The position numbers were made by a program, and so were the translations under genes. Positions 18,410 through 28,000 of a DNA stretch of 64,000 nucleotides are shown here, piece by piece. The stretch lies in assembly GCA_938041555.1 (NCBI GenBank), contig CALIAC010000011.1, positions 18,466 to 82,465 on the forward strand, in the 5' to 3' direction. This DNA is from an uncultured Candidatus Saccharibacteria bacterium (GTDB lineage: Bacteria > Patescibacteriota > Saccharimonadia > Saccharimonadales > Saccharimonadaceae). Each line of letters begins with the position of its first letter. Position 1 is the stretch's first letter. The notes below the pieces were generated by a model, which was not told the DNA's origin, did not search any database, and saw only the letters and a program-made list of their open reading frames with translations.

Positions 18410-19114
18410 CTAATCAACAATCCCAAAATCCTGCAGCTGCTGCGCCTCTGCTACCGACCAATCGGCAATCGCCGTACGCCGCAGCGCCGCGCAGTACGCC
18501 CCCGTCCCAAGCTGCGTGCCAATATCTACCGCCAGGCTGCGAATGTACGTACCACTACTCACCCGCGTGCGAATGACGAGCCGCGGATACTGATACTCCA
18601 GCACCTCCAGCGAGTGAATCGTAATGGTGCGCTCTGGCAGCTCTACTTCCTTGCCATCGCGCGCGAGTTTGTAGGCCCGCTGGCCGTTGATCTTGATGGC
18701 ACTAAAGATCGGTGGCCGCTGGCGAATCTGGCCAATGAAATGCTGGAGCACTTTATCGAGCTGCTGACGTGATGGCGGTGCGATGGGCACCTTGGCATCT
18801 TCTGGCACATACGGCGTTATCTCCCCTTCTGGGTCGCCCGTGGTGCTGGTTTGGCCCAGGATAATCGTCGCTTCGTACGTCTTGTCGAGCTTGGTGTAGC
18901 GCATGGCATTGCGGCACTCCGTGCCCATCACTAGCAGTAAAAGGCCCGTTGCAAAGGGGTCAAGTGTGCCACAGTGCCCCACCTTCACCTTTTTGCCAGC
19001 CTGCTGGCTCAGCACCCGCCGCACCCGCGCCACCACTCCAAAGCTCGTCATACCAGCCGGCTTGTCGATATGGAGAATGCGGTTATATGATGAATCAGAT
19101 GTTTGGTGCGTCAT
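18410..19114 (-). CDS. truB: tRNA pseudouridine(55) synthase
   Basis: 'ILHIDKPAGMTSFGVV' and the catalytic-Asp motif 'GHCGTLDPFATGLLLL'. Confidence 0.9.
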   Translation of the reverse strand: MTHQTSDSSYNRILHIDKPAGMTSFGVVARVRRVLSQQAGKKVKVGHCGTLDPFATGLLLLVMGTECRNAMRYTKLDKTYEATIILGQTSTTGDPEGEITPYVPEDAKVPIAPPSRQQLDKVLQHFIGQIRQRPPIFSAIKINGQRAYKLARDGKEVELPERTITIHSLEVLEYQYPRLVIRTRVSSGTYIRSLAVDIGTQLGTGAYCAALRRTAIADWSVAEAQQLQDFGIVD

Positions 19115-19139
19115 GTGGTTAGTATAGCATGACGGAGCA

Positions 19140-19163
19140 AAAAACCAGCCGCGAGGGGCTGGT
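19140..19163 (-). terminator. rho-independent terminator after 19176..19841
   Basis: Stem CCAGCC/GGCTGG with a 6-nt loop, followed by TTTTTT on the minus strand. Confidence 0.6.
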
Positions 19164-19175
19164 CTTTTGGGCTAC

Positions 19176-19841
19176 CTAGGCTTCGATACTTCCTGCTGGT
19201 GTGAAAGATTGTCCTTTGTGGTGATTATGCTCACCCTGTCTCACCTGCATAAACGTATTAAGCTCTTCGGTCAACTCAAGAATTTCATCGTAGTGCGATG
19301 GATCGTCATAGGATAGTTGATTAACTCTTAGCATAAATTTGTCTCCCTTAAACTTAAGCCAAGTTATGCCATCCTTGGTTGCAAGACCACCATACGAGCA
19401 ATTATAGCCAAACTTCAGGTCGCGTGCTGTTGATGCTGCTTGCGCCTCTCCTGCCATCGCACCAGAGAGCTTGAATAGTATAAGTACGCCATCGCAGCCC
19501 TCGCCCGCAGTGCCCTCCGACTCAAATGCAACAACAGATGTCGCAAGGTCGATATTTTCTTCTCCCATTTCTGTCGTATATATTTGGTGTGGTTCAAATA
19601 AACGAGCTTGTGTGTGAGCACTGCGATTAATATAAATACCCAATCTGTTAAGACTCGCACTGACGGTAGTAATATTAGCAGTACCCCGAGCATGTACATC
19701 AACCTCTTCTGTTGCATCAGGCTTATCAAGAACATCCAAGAGAGCAATGAGTCGTTGCCGCTCTGCGTCCCTCTTGTATGCTTCTTGCTGGACGCCTGTA
19801 ACGTTATAGTTTTTAAGTAGATTGGGTTTGCTGCTGTCCAT
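19176..19841 (-). CDS. hypothetical protein (221 aa), AT-rich orphan
   Basis: ATG start and its own terminator. My hand count of one 100-nt sample gave about 43% G+C, against about 53% in a pnp sample. No domain recognised. Confidence 0.5.
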   Translation of the reverse strand: MDSSKPNLLKNYNVTGVQQEAYKRDAERQRLIALLDVLDKPDATEEVDVHARGTANITTVSASLNRLGIYINRSAHTQARLFEPHQIYTTEMGEENIDLATSVVAFESEGTAGEGCDGVLILFKLSGAMAGEAQAASTARDLKFGYNCSYGGLATKDGITWLKFKGDKFMLRVNQLSYDDPSHYDEILELTEELNTFMQVRQGEHNHHKGQSFTPAGSIEA

Positions 19842-20000
19842 AATGGACTATATAATAACTCTCTCTCTCTGGCCTGTCAAGAAATCTACATATACAAATC
19901 TTATAATCTTACAGTTTTTACCCTTTCTCTACCATAAACCGGCTAAATCATGGCCGGTTTATCGTGTCATCTCTCATTTAACAGCAGAAGCCAGCAACCC

Positions 20001-21545
20001 CTACTTCTCCGGTACGTGGAATTGCGATGGGTTGGCTTGGTCTTTCTTGGCCTTAGCCTCAGATTGGAGCGCAGCATCGAGCTGGGCCATGGGGTTATCG
20101 GCATCGGGCCCAGGCAGCGGTGGCACACCTGGTGGCAATGGTGGCAAGCTAGAGAAATCTGGCATTGGTGGCAGTGGTGGCAGAGCCGGCCCTTCGGCAT
20201 CATCAGCTGACACGGCACGGTGCTTGGCGTCGAGGTCGGCCAGGGTTTCTTTGCCCGTTGGTGGCGGGAGGATGTCGTCGTTGTGAGCCATCGGCACGCG
20301 CGGCATGTCATTCACATTGGGGACGGTTGGCTCGTGATCAAGTGCTGCCGTGGCGGCATTGAGCGGCGCTTGGCTACCTGGTGTGTCGTCGCTGTCGAGG
20401 TAACGCCCACCCTTGTGCGAGAGGATGGTCTTGTTGCGGCCATTCTCGCGCTCGCGGCGCTTATCATCAGCTGCTTGCTTGGTGGTAGCATTAAGCGTGC
20501 CACCCAGGCTCGGCTCATTAAGTGGCGTCTCAATGGGCTGGCGCCATGGCTCGGCGCTGCTGTTGCGCCCTGATGAGCGGCGCGGGGCTGGCGCGGGCTC
20601 GGGCTGTGGATTATTCTTGGCTAACTGCTGGGCTAGCTCAGCTTCGTCGGCGTCGGTCTGGCTTAACTTTTTTTTTCCAGCCTCAGCGTTGTGCGAGATG
20701 ACGAGTGACTTGTCTTTGTTATTTGCCTGAGCAGGCTTCTTGCTAGCAGGCTTAGCAGGCATTGGGCCTGCAGCGAGCTGCTTGGCCTCGGCGAGCTTGG
20801 CCGCAATCAGCTGCTGGTCACCGCCAGCACTCATCAATTGCGCGGCGAGGGTCATAACACGCGAGGTGGTCTTCTCGTTGCTAAAGCGCTCGGTGGCCGC
20901 TACAATACCAGTCAAAAAGGCCGTGGCAATATGCTTGTCCAAGAGCGGCTGCTCATCATCGGTACTATCAAAGCCCTGAGCGAGGCTTGCCGCGAGCTCA
21001 CTATAGCTGCTGGCCTGAGGATCCGTCCAGACAATATTACCCAACGTACCTGGCGCATCGATGTGCAGCGCCGCCACTGGCGACTCGCGCAGGATGCGGC
21101 CATGCCCTTTGAGCGCTGGGTCGAGGTCATCCTCGCTGCGCACACCGATCGTCACGACGAACTGCACATTGTAATCACCCTGGCTAAATTCCAAATCACT
21201 CTGGCTAATCGTTGCGCGGTACGGCGTGATGAAAATCTTAACGAGGTCGCCATCGAGCTTGTAGCGCAAATGGTCGGCCTTTTCCTTATCAAGGGCAATG
21301 ATGAAATCTCGCAGACTATCCACCGTGCTCTCAAAGGTACGCTCTGGCTCCAAAAAACCCACTGCCGTTGGTACATCCCCACTAAAGACGGCTGTGGCGT
21401 GCTTGTCGAGCTTGTTGAGCAAAAGCGTCAACCCTAGTGCTGCACTCAGCTCATCTACCGTAGGGTGGGCGTTGACCGCCACCAAAATATTATTACTCTC
21501 ACCTAGTTTGTCGATGATTTGTTGCCGCACCTTTATCTCGTCCAT
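20001..21545 (-). CDS. DHH-family (NrnA-like) fold protein with degenerate catalytic motifs and a long Pro/Ala-rich C-terminal tail
   Basis: Start trimmed to ATG 21545 (SD AGGAG). The N-terminal ~300 aa align by eye with NrnA-type DHH/DHHA1 architecture ('NILVAVNAHPTVDELSAALGL'), but the DxD and DHH residues are not conserved. The C-terminal ~200 aa are low complexity (PPLPPMPDFSSLPPLPPGVPPLPGP). Confidence 0.45.
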   Translation of the reverse strand: MDEIKVRQQIIDKLGESNNILVAVNAHPTVDELSAALGLTLLLNKLDKHATAVFSGDVPTAVGFLEPERTFESTVDSLRDFIIALDKEKADHLRYKLDGDLVKIFITPYRATISQSDLEFSQGDYNVQFVVTIGVRSEDDLDPALKGHGRILRESPVAALHIDAPGTLGNIVWTDPQASSYSELAASLAQGFDSTDDEQPLLDKHIATAFLTGIVAATERFSNEKTTSRVMTLAAQLMSAGGDQQLIAAKLAEAKQLAAGPMPAKPASKKPAQANNKDKSLVISHNAEAGKKKLSQTDADEAELAQQLAKNNPQPEPAPAPRRSSGRNSSAEPWRQPIETPLNEPSLGGTLNATTKQAADDKRRERENGRNKTILSHKGGRYLDSDDTPGSQAPLNAATAALDHEPTVPNVNDMPRVPMAHNDDILPPPTGKETLADLDAKHRAVSADDAEGPALPPLPPMPDFSSLPPLPPGVPPLPGPDADNPMAQLDAALQSEAKAKKDQANPSQFHVPEK

Positions 21546-21733
21546 AGCTCCTACTTTTGCCTTACCCAAAACTCCATCTATCCTACCATAAGTAATTTCG
21601 TTTCGTCAATGGCGAGTCGCGATTAACAGAGGTAGGTATGCGAAGTATAGCACCTTTCTTTGTGCAAAAAACCCCCAAAATGTGTGATCCTTATATCTCA
21701 CACTATTTCATAATAGTTACTCTAGCCTACATA

Positions 21734-21758
21734 CAAAAAACACCTCTCCCTCGAGGTG
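21734..21758 (-). terminator. rho-independent terminator after rpsT
   Basis: Stem CACCTC/GAGGTG with a 6-nt loop, then TTTTTT on the minus strand. Confidence 0.6.
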
Positions 21759-21785
21759 TTTTGGTATATGCTCGCGCTTATTGCT

Positions 21786-22040
21786 TTACGCAAGTTTGAC
21801 GCCAGCAGCCTTGGCAGCCTTGGCGAGCGATGCCTTGCGGCGGCTCGCGGTGTTTTTCTTGAGCAAACCCTTCTTGACGGCTTTGTCAAGCTCGCTCTGG
21901 GCCTGGCTCAGGGCGGCAGCGCTTGGCTCAGCAGCGAAGGCCTTGGTGCTAGCCTTGATGGCGCGCTTGGTAGCAATGTTGCGCTGGCGGCGAGTAGCCG
22001 TTTGCTTCATGCGTTTGACAGCTGATTTGATGATGGGCAT
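21786..22040 (-). CDS. rpsT: 30S ribosomal protein S20
   Basis: 84 aa. 'MPIIKSAVKRMKQTATRRQRNIATKRAIK' is canonical S20. SD is GAGGAA. Confidence 0.95.
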   Translation of the reverse strand: MPIIKSAVKRMKQTATRRQRNIATKRAIKASTKAFAAEPSAAALSQAQSELDKAVKKGLLKKNTASRRKASLAKAAKAAGVKLA

Positions 22041-22141
22041 TAATTTCCTCTATCGCTTGTTATTATGGGTTAGTACTACAATCAAGCGCTCATTATAAGG
22101 CATGGCGCAGGATTTGTAAAGAGCCGGGCCACCACGGGGGG

Positions 22142-22678
22142 CTACTGGCGCTCGCTCTTTTGCGGCCACAGCAGCACATACCAAAGGTAGAGCGAACCAG
22201 CGATGGTGAGCACGAGCCCAGACGTCCACGGTACAGGCCCATCAAGGAATGTGTTGTATGGCACACCGGTATGGAGAATGTGGTGGAAGAGTGTATACTT
22301 CACCATGTCGGCAACAGGATAAGCAAGGATAGCGACGATGGCAATCCCCTGCTTGATCATACTCTGCTTGGAGTGGCGACGAAGCGTGGTATAGGCAAGA
22401 TACATGGCCTGAGCAGCAAGATTAACACCAAAGACAAACGAGGCGGCCAGCGCCATCATATTAGACGTTGTATTAGAGTTAATGCCAGGCAGTGGCCCAC
22501 TGCTTGAAGATATAACTGTATAGACGCGCCACGCCATGAAAATATCGATAAATGCCAAGTACGCAAGCGCTAGACTCGCCACCATCATCATCAAGCGCAT
22601 ACCATGCCATCGTCGCTGATGCTGATGGTTCTTTGTCTGAACCGTCTGGGTAGTAACTGTTGTCTGTACTGTAGCCAT
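22142..22678 (-). CDS. polytopic membrane protein, unknown function
   Basis: Start trimmed to ATG 22678 (SD AAGGAGG 5 nt upstream). About 5 hydrophobic helices. Confidence 0.55.
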   Translation of the reverse strand: MATVQTTVTTQTVQTKNHQHQRRWHGMRLMMMVASLALAYLAFIDIFMAWRVYTVISSSSGPLPGINSNTTSNMMALAASFVFGVNLAAQAMYLAYTTLRRHSKQSMIKQGIAIVAILAYPVADMVKYTLFHHILHTGVPYNTFLDGPVPWTSGLVLTIAGSLYLWYVLLWPQKSERQ

Positions 22679-22790
22679 ATACACCTCCTTGGTGTTGCAG
22701 TGGTGTTTGTTATGATGATATTATACCACGTTCTTATACGCTAAGCACTTTATCTGTCCAACGCTCACGCGTCTATCTAGGCCGCCCACA

Positions 22791-23735
22791 CTACCGCCCC
22801 GCTACTGCAAATAAAAAGCTCTCTACCGCATCCCACGGTGGTATGCCCGTTGTCTTCATGTCGGCATCAAGCTGAGCAGCCCGCTGAGTAAGAGTACGGA
22901 TATCAGCTGGCGCGACCTGCGTGGTGAGCGGCTTGGTTTTTTTGACAACGTAGGGGTGGAGCGAGAGCTCGCGCGCAATCTCTGCCTCCCCTGCCTCGCC
23001 ATAGCATGCAATCGCCGCCAGCTGAGTCCACTGCGCCCAAATAAGCGCTGCGGTTTGGTATGGGTCGTGGCTCAGGCGTAGCTCATCAAGGGCAGCGCGC
23101 AAAGCTGGGCCTCGGCGCTCCACCGCGAGGGTTACAACATCAAAGACCGAGAACTCACGGGCCGGTGGCAACACGGTGGCAATTGCATCATCGGTAATAG
23201 TGTCGAGCTGAGCCAACGCGTCGATGGCGTGTGCCAACTGCAGCTGGTCGATCGACCCACCATAGCCCTTTTCGTCCGGCACCAGAGCTCGCTCCACCAT
23301 GCTGCGCACATGCGCTGAGCTCAGCGACACGCCGCGTCTATTAGCTAGCTGGCGCAGCCACCGCTCGGCGGCAGGGCGCTGGCGGTCGGTCAGTGGATCA
23401 GCAGCGATAATAGTCGCGGCTTTATGCAGTGCTTTGTACGTTTTGGTGCGTTTATCGACCCCTGGCTCTACCAGCACAAGCGTCGTCTCGTCAGGAATAT
23501 CATGGGCCCACTGGCCAAGCTGCTCCCAAAGGTCTGGGCGCTCAGACAGGCGTCGCAGCACAATGAGCCGCTGCGCCGCAAAGAGCGACACACCACGCAC
23601 CAACTCAGCCAAACCCGCGGCATCAAGCTGCTGCTGAGTATCGACATGTTCTGCTGGCACTGGCGCGTGCTGAGTGATCTTCGCCAGCTCTTGCTCTGCT
23701 ACGTAGCTATTCTTCCCCACGATGAGATAGAGCAT
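22791..23735 (-). CDS. holA: DNA polymerase III subunit delta
   Basis: 314 aa. The N-terminus 'MLYLIVGKNSYVAEQEL' and the overall helical C-terminal domains are typical of HolA. It sits next to rpsT, as in many Gram-positive genomes. Confidence 0.7.
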   Translation of the reverse strand: MLYLIVGKNSYVAEQELAKITQHAPVPAEHVDTQQQLDAAGLAELVRGVSLFAAQRLIVLRRLSERPDLWEQLGQWAHDIPDETTLVLVEPGVDKRTKTYKALHKAATIIAADPLTDRQRPAAERWLRQLANRRGVSLSSAHVRSMVERALVPDEKGYGGSIDQLQLAHAIDALAQLDTITDDAIATVLPPAREFSVFDVVTLAVERRGPALRAALDELRLSHDPYQTAALIWAQWTQLAAIACYGEAGEAEIARELSLHPYVVKKTKPLTTQVAPADIRTLTQRAAQLDADMKTTGIPPWDAVESFLFAVAGR

Positions 23736-23739
23736 GAGC

Positions 23740-24621
23740 TTACTCCCCCACTTTCACCTGGCACACCGGGCAAATGTGCGTCCCGCGGCCAGCCACGCGA
23801 ATCTTCATAATTTCTACGTCGGGGTGGCGCGGGCAGGGCTGCCCCTCACGCCGAAACACCTGCGCAAAGGCTAGGTAGCTCCCCTTGTTGCCTTCAGCAT
23901 CGACGTAGTTGCGGTCGGTGCTGCCACCCTTGTCAATACTCAGCTGCAGCACTTGTCGAATATGGGCAAAGAGCGCGGCAAGCTGCTCATCATCCACCAT
24001 GCGCACTCGTGTGGCGGGGTGGAGTTGCGTCATCCATAGCGATTCATCGGCATAGATATTCCCCACGCCAGCGATGGTCGTTTGGTCAAGGATAGCCGCC
24101 TTCATAGTTGTGCCGTTGCGCCGGCGGATGCGCGCGACGAATTGCGCCGCTGTGGTATGCGGGTCGAGCGGCTCGGGCCCGACTTTTTGCATAAAGGGCA
24201 GCTGCGCCACCTCTGGTGTGGGGTAGAGCTTTATCCAGCCAAATTTGCGCAGGTCATTAAAGTACAAATGCGCGCCATCCGCAAAGGTCAGCGCCACCCG
24301 CGTCAAGCGGTCGGGCAGCTCATGAAGAAAGCTATCATTTGGGTGGCCGCCGCCCCAGCGCTCCTCACCAACAAAGAGTAGTTGGCCCGTCATCTTGAGG
24401 TGCACCACCAGTGTGTAGTTGGTGTTCAGGCGAATCAGCAGCACCTTAGCGCGGCGCTCTACCGCCGTGATGGTCGCACCGTGCAGGAAGTGCGCCACCG
24501 CTGTGGGGTCGTTGGGAAAGCTCTTGGGTGAGTCATACACCGTACTTGCCACAACCTGCTTCCCCACCACCAAGCGAGCTAAGCTCGTACGAATCGTCTC
24601 AACTTCAGGGAGTTCAGGCAT
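23740..24621 (-). CDS. mutM: formamidopyrimidine-DNA glycosylase
   Basis: ATG 24621 gives the N-terminus MPELPEVE (catalytic Pro2). H2TH region is present. The C-terminal zinc finger reads CPRH...CPVC, so one canonical Cys is replaced by His. Confidence 0.9.
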   Translation of the reverse strand: MPELPEVETIRTSLARLVVGKQVVASTVYDSPKSFPNDPTAVAHFLHGATITAVERRAKVLLIRLNTNYTLVVHLKMTGQLLFVGEERWGGGHPNDSFLHELPDRLTRVALTFADGAHLYFNDLRKFGWIKLYPTPEVAQLPFMQKVGPEPLDPHTTAAQFVARIRRRNGTTMKAAILDQTTIAGVGNIYADESLWMTQLHPATRVRMVDDEQLAALFAHIRQVLQLSIDKGGSTDRNYVDAEGNKGSYLAFAQVFRREGQPCPRHPDVEIMKIRVAGRGTHICPVCQVKVGE

Positions 24622-25150
24622 GAGCACACTCCATCGCCCAGATCATCGCCACAAAAAGCAAAAAATACACCGCCTGCCCCACCAGCATAATATAGCGATG
24701 CCACGGCTTGGCAAAGAAGTAGCAGCCAAGAACAATAGCCTGGCACACCAGAGCACCACTCGTTACCACCCGTACCACTGAGTGAGCATCGCTCAGCAGG
24801 ACAAGAATCTCAATGATCGTTATAACCGGTATACAGCCCCAGGCTGCAATATTATGGACCAAGGTGCGCCGCTGGCTCACGCCAAAGGGCACTAACCCCA
24901 TCACACAAAAATTAAGACTCACGACAAGAAGGAGTAGCTGCACCGCTCGTGGCGACGGCGACTGCACAGCCCACAGCGCAAGGCTCAGGCCAGTCAGTGG
25001 CAAGAGGATCTTACCCGCAATTACCGTCCTTGTCCGCTGCTCAATATGCATACTGAGCGTTTTACCAAGCTGCGGCGGCACCATCCATAGTGTGTAGACA
25101 AGCAGCACAAGCAAACAACCGGCCATCAGCCCAAGCCACACGGGTGTCAT
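24614..25150 (-). CDS. polytopic membrane protein, unknown function
   Basis: ATG 25150 overlaps the HAD stop (ATGA). About 6 hydrophobic helices. Confidence 0.55.
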   Translation of the reverse strand: MTPVWLGLMAGCLLVLLVYTLWMVPPQLGKTLSMHIEQRTRTVIAGKILLPLTGLSLALWAVQSPSPRAVQLLLLVVSLNFCVMGLVPFGVSQRRTLVHNIAAWGCIPVITIIEILVLLSDAHSVVRVVTSGALVCQAIVLGCYFFAKPWHRYIMLVGQAVYFLLFVAMIWAMECAHA

Positions 25151-25725
25151 CACTCCCCCACCAGCTCCTCAAGCTCGGCCATTGTGCGGCGATTGGCTGT
25201 GTGGAGGATGGCGCGCATGCCAGCGGCTTCAGCCCCAGAGCAGTTATCCAATCGGTCGTCAATCATCACGCATTGGCCAGGCAACACGCCGAGCCGATCT
25301 GCTGCTAGCTCGAAGGCTTCGCGGCTTGGCTTGGCAACGTGCTCGGCATACGAGAGCACCACGGCATCGAAAAGCTGGCGCAGCTCATCAGGAGTAAACA
25401 GTCGCTCGATCGTATCGCTCCCCACATTGCTCAGCAACCCCACCTTGATAGCCGGGTAACGCTGGTGCAGCGCGTGAATCATGGCGATCAGCTCGCTATT
25501 GCGCACATGTGCCTGCTCGAGCAATGCCGCTATCTGGGCTGGCGTTTGCTCCGAGAGCCGTGCCACCTCTGTAATAAATTCCTGCCGCGAGATATAGCCA
25601 TAGTCCGACTGCTTATTAATATCCTCTAGCTCGGCCCGGCGATCCGGCGGGCACTGTGCCATCAGCACCTCGATGCTCCCACCATAGAGCACACCAAAAC
25701 AATCAAAAATTACTGCACGAATCAT
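25150..25725 (-). CDS. HAD-superfamily hydrolase
   Basis: 191 aa. Motif I-like 'VIFDCFGVLY' and C-terminal 'CVMIDDRLDNCSGAEAAGM' (motif IV DD). Confidence 0.75.
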   Translation of the reverse strand: MIRAVIFDCFGVLYGGSIEVLMAQCPPDRRAELEDINKQSDYGYISRQEFITEVARLSEQTPAQIAALLEQAHVRNSELIAMIHALHQRYPAIKVGLLSNVGSDTIERLFTPDELRQLFDAVVLSYAEHVAKPSREAFELAADRLGVLPGQCVMIDDRLDNCSGAEAAGMRAILHTANRRTMAELEELVGE

Positions 25726-26007
25726 ACGCTCGATTATACCATTGGCAGTGGGGTGTGGCTAGCATGAGCATCAGACAATCCGCGCAGAGTCATCGCACAA
25801 TCGATATCTCAAAGCCATCTTTATCCGCGTATAAGCTCCTCCCCCGCTTCTTCATTGGATGGAGTGTGAGGAGTTGTAATAATTTTTTTGATCTTACGCA
25901 AGAGAACCGTGCTCTGGAGAGAACTAACTGTCACGGTATTTCATAAGAGGGTGCGCAAAACCACAGTAGGTTATGTAAGCTTCGAGAGCGAGCCGCACAG
26001 CGCCTTT

Positions 26008-26613
26008 TTATTGCGTCTTATCAAACATCGGTGCAAAGCCAGGGATCTGGTTGGCAAAGAGTGCATGAATCTTAGGTACATCAGCCTTCATCGAGCCAGG
26101 CGAGCCTTGACAGCTCGATGTCCAGATGCGCGTCTTTGTCGTGCCGCTGTCCATCGTCTCGAAGGTGTAGAGCCGCCCAGCAGTGGCACACACCCCACGC
26201 ACGTCATCGTCGTCCACGCTGCGCGTGTCTTGGATCTGCGCCTTGCTCAGGGCATACACGAGTTGCTCGTAGGCCTGCTGGTTGTTCTCAAACTCTTTGC
26301 GGTCGAGCTGCTTGTCTAAGTAGCCTTGATACACCGTATATGTCCGCTTATTGGGCGAAATCTCGATCTGGTACGAGCGGAAGGTCTCATCTGCCACAAT
26401 CGGCCCGCGCACCGTCCAGCGTACACTGTTGGTTGCATTATGCGCCACCACTTGGTCGTAGAAGCTCTCGGTCGATTGCTGCGTGTTGGTGTTGTTCGTC
26501 TCCTGGCGAGTCGCCACCATGCGGATGACCGACGCAACTGCTGCCACCACCAACGAAATCACCAAGATAGTGACAATAATCGGAAAAACTTTTGGCCGCT
26601 CGCCTTTATACAT
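26008..26613 (-). CDS. N-terminally membrane-anchored hypothetical protein
   Basis: The listed start is TTG. ATG 26613 gives MYKGERPKVFPIIVTILVISLVVAAVASVIRMV (signal anchor) followed by a ~165-aa soluble domain with 2 Cys. Confidence 0.5.
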   Translation of the reverse strand: MYKGERPKVFPIIVTILVISLVVAAVASVIRMVATRQETNNTNTQQSTESFYDQVVAHNATNSVRWTVRGPIVADETFRSYQIEISPNKRTYTVYQGYLDKQLDRKEFENNQQAYEQLVYALSKAQIQDTRSVDDDDVRGVCATAGRLYTFETMDSGTTKTRIWTSSCQGSPGSMKADVPKIHALFANQIPGFAPMFDKTQ

Positions 26614-26684
26614 GAGAGTACAATACCACAAAGCCTACAAAAACTCAATAGATCCGAGAGTATAATGCGGAAAAATCCCTGTGA

Positions 26685-27821
26685 TTACGCCGCGAGATCG
26701 AAGCCAAAGTGCTCGGCAATAGATTGCTGTTGTTTGGTGTTTTGCGTGTTCTCGGGAGATGGCACTGCAGCGAGCTTTTGCTCTTGCATCTGCTGCATGA
26801 GCTGCATAGCAGGCTCCGACTGCTCAAGACGGCGACCCAGCTCGGCGAGGTTCTTATTCGTCTCGCTCTCAATATTGCGATCAGAGAAAAAGTTCCCATA
26901 GCCACTGACAAAACGTGCGAGTGATGGGTCAGCTGCCGCAAGCGCATCATATGCAATATCACCATTTTTGATGCACAGCAAGAACTCTTCTGCTGCAACA
27001 GCTCGCACTGCTTCACGCGCTTTGTCGGTATTGAGAATATCACCATGTGTCTCGGTATACACCTGGTCTTTGCCCATCACGTACTCACCGGTGTCACCCA
27101 CGCCAGCTTCCAGCACTTCTGTAGTGACGCGGGTTTTTATGCGCTGTTGGACATCACCATCATGCATATCAAGATGCTCGTCAATGCCAAGCTTTTCAAA
27201 CTGCTGCTGCACCTTGGTCTCGGTCTTGTGCGTTTGCTTGTCAAACTTCCCCTTCTGGTTGGCATGGATTGAGTCGCCCAAGCCATCAATCACATCAAGC
27301 GCCACAAGCCGCGAGTCACCCTCCCCAGCCAAACGATCGGCTGTCGATGCATCAAGCTGATTATACACTTTGCGTGCACTCGTCCGGCGGCCATTTAGCA
27401 AGTGATCGCCCTCGTCCTTAGGAGTAAGTGGCTCATATTGCTCATCCGGCAAAACACTATCCTCCTCTGCCTTGTCAGGTTCGTCAGTCTTGCTCACGTC
27501 CCAGTAGAAGCGATTTGTCGCCATCTCATCAGGGTTCTCTTGTCTGTTTTGGGGAGAACCATAGAGCGCACCCACCTGCGCGGCAAGGTCATTTATCCGC
27601 GGGTCACTACTCTCTGGCGTGGTGGCGTTATCTGTTTTGTCGAAGGTACTGCTGGGCGCGCTGTTGCCACTAAGGCCGGCGTAGAGACTGTTAACGGCAG
27701 CTTCATTTTCGGCTTGTTGCTGCATGGCTGTTTTGTTATATCCTTTGTGGCGCCGCTCCCTCTTGAGCGCCCCTAGCTGATCTGGGCTTAAATCTCTGCC
27801 ATTTGGCGGTACTAAGGTCAT
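26685..27821 (-). CDS. hypothetical protein (378 aa, acidic, soluble)
   Basis: ATG with SD GGAG about 10 nt upstream. No domain recognised. Confidence 0.5.
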   Translation of the reverse strand: MTLVPPNGRDLSPDQLGALKRERRHKGYNKTAMQQQAENEAAVNSLYAGLSGNSAPSSTFDKTDNATTPESSDPRINDLAAQVGALYGSPQNRQENPDEMATNRFYWDVSKTDEPDKAEEDSVLPDEQYEPLTPKDEGDHLLNGRRTSARKVYNQLDASTADRLAGEGDSRLVALDVIDGLGDSIHANQKGKFDKQTHKTETKVQQQFEKLGIDEHLDMHDGDVQQRIKTRVTTEVLEAGVGDTGEYVMGKDQVYTETHGDILNTDKAREAVRAVAAEEFLLCIKNGDIAYDALAAADPSLARFVSGYGNFFSDRNIESETNKNLAELGRRLEQSEPAMQLMQQMQEQKLAAVPSPENTQNTKQQQSIAEHFGFDLAA

Positions 27822-28000
27822 AAGGGGTATCTCCGTGAGTGTATTGTTATTAGTTTGTTACACAATAGAACCTCCCGCAAGAAAAGTCAAGCTAGCTGCC
27901 TGTGTATAGATATATGTTTTCTCTTCTTTATATTTTATACAGTCGATGAAAAAGAAATGTACGGATGTAGAAGATTAGTGACTTTGCTCGCGCGCCGCAC

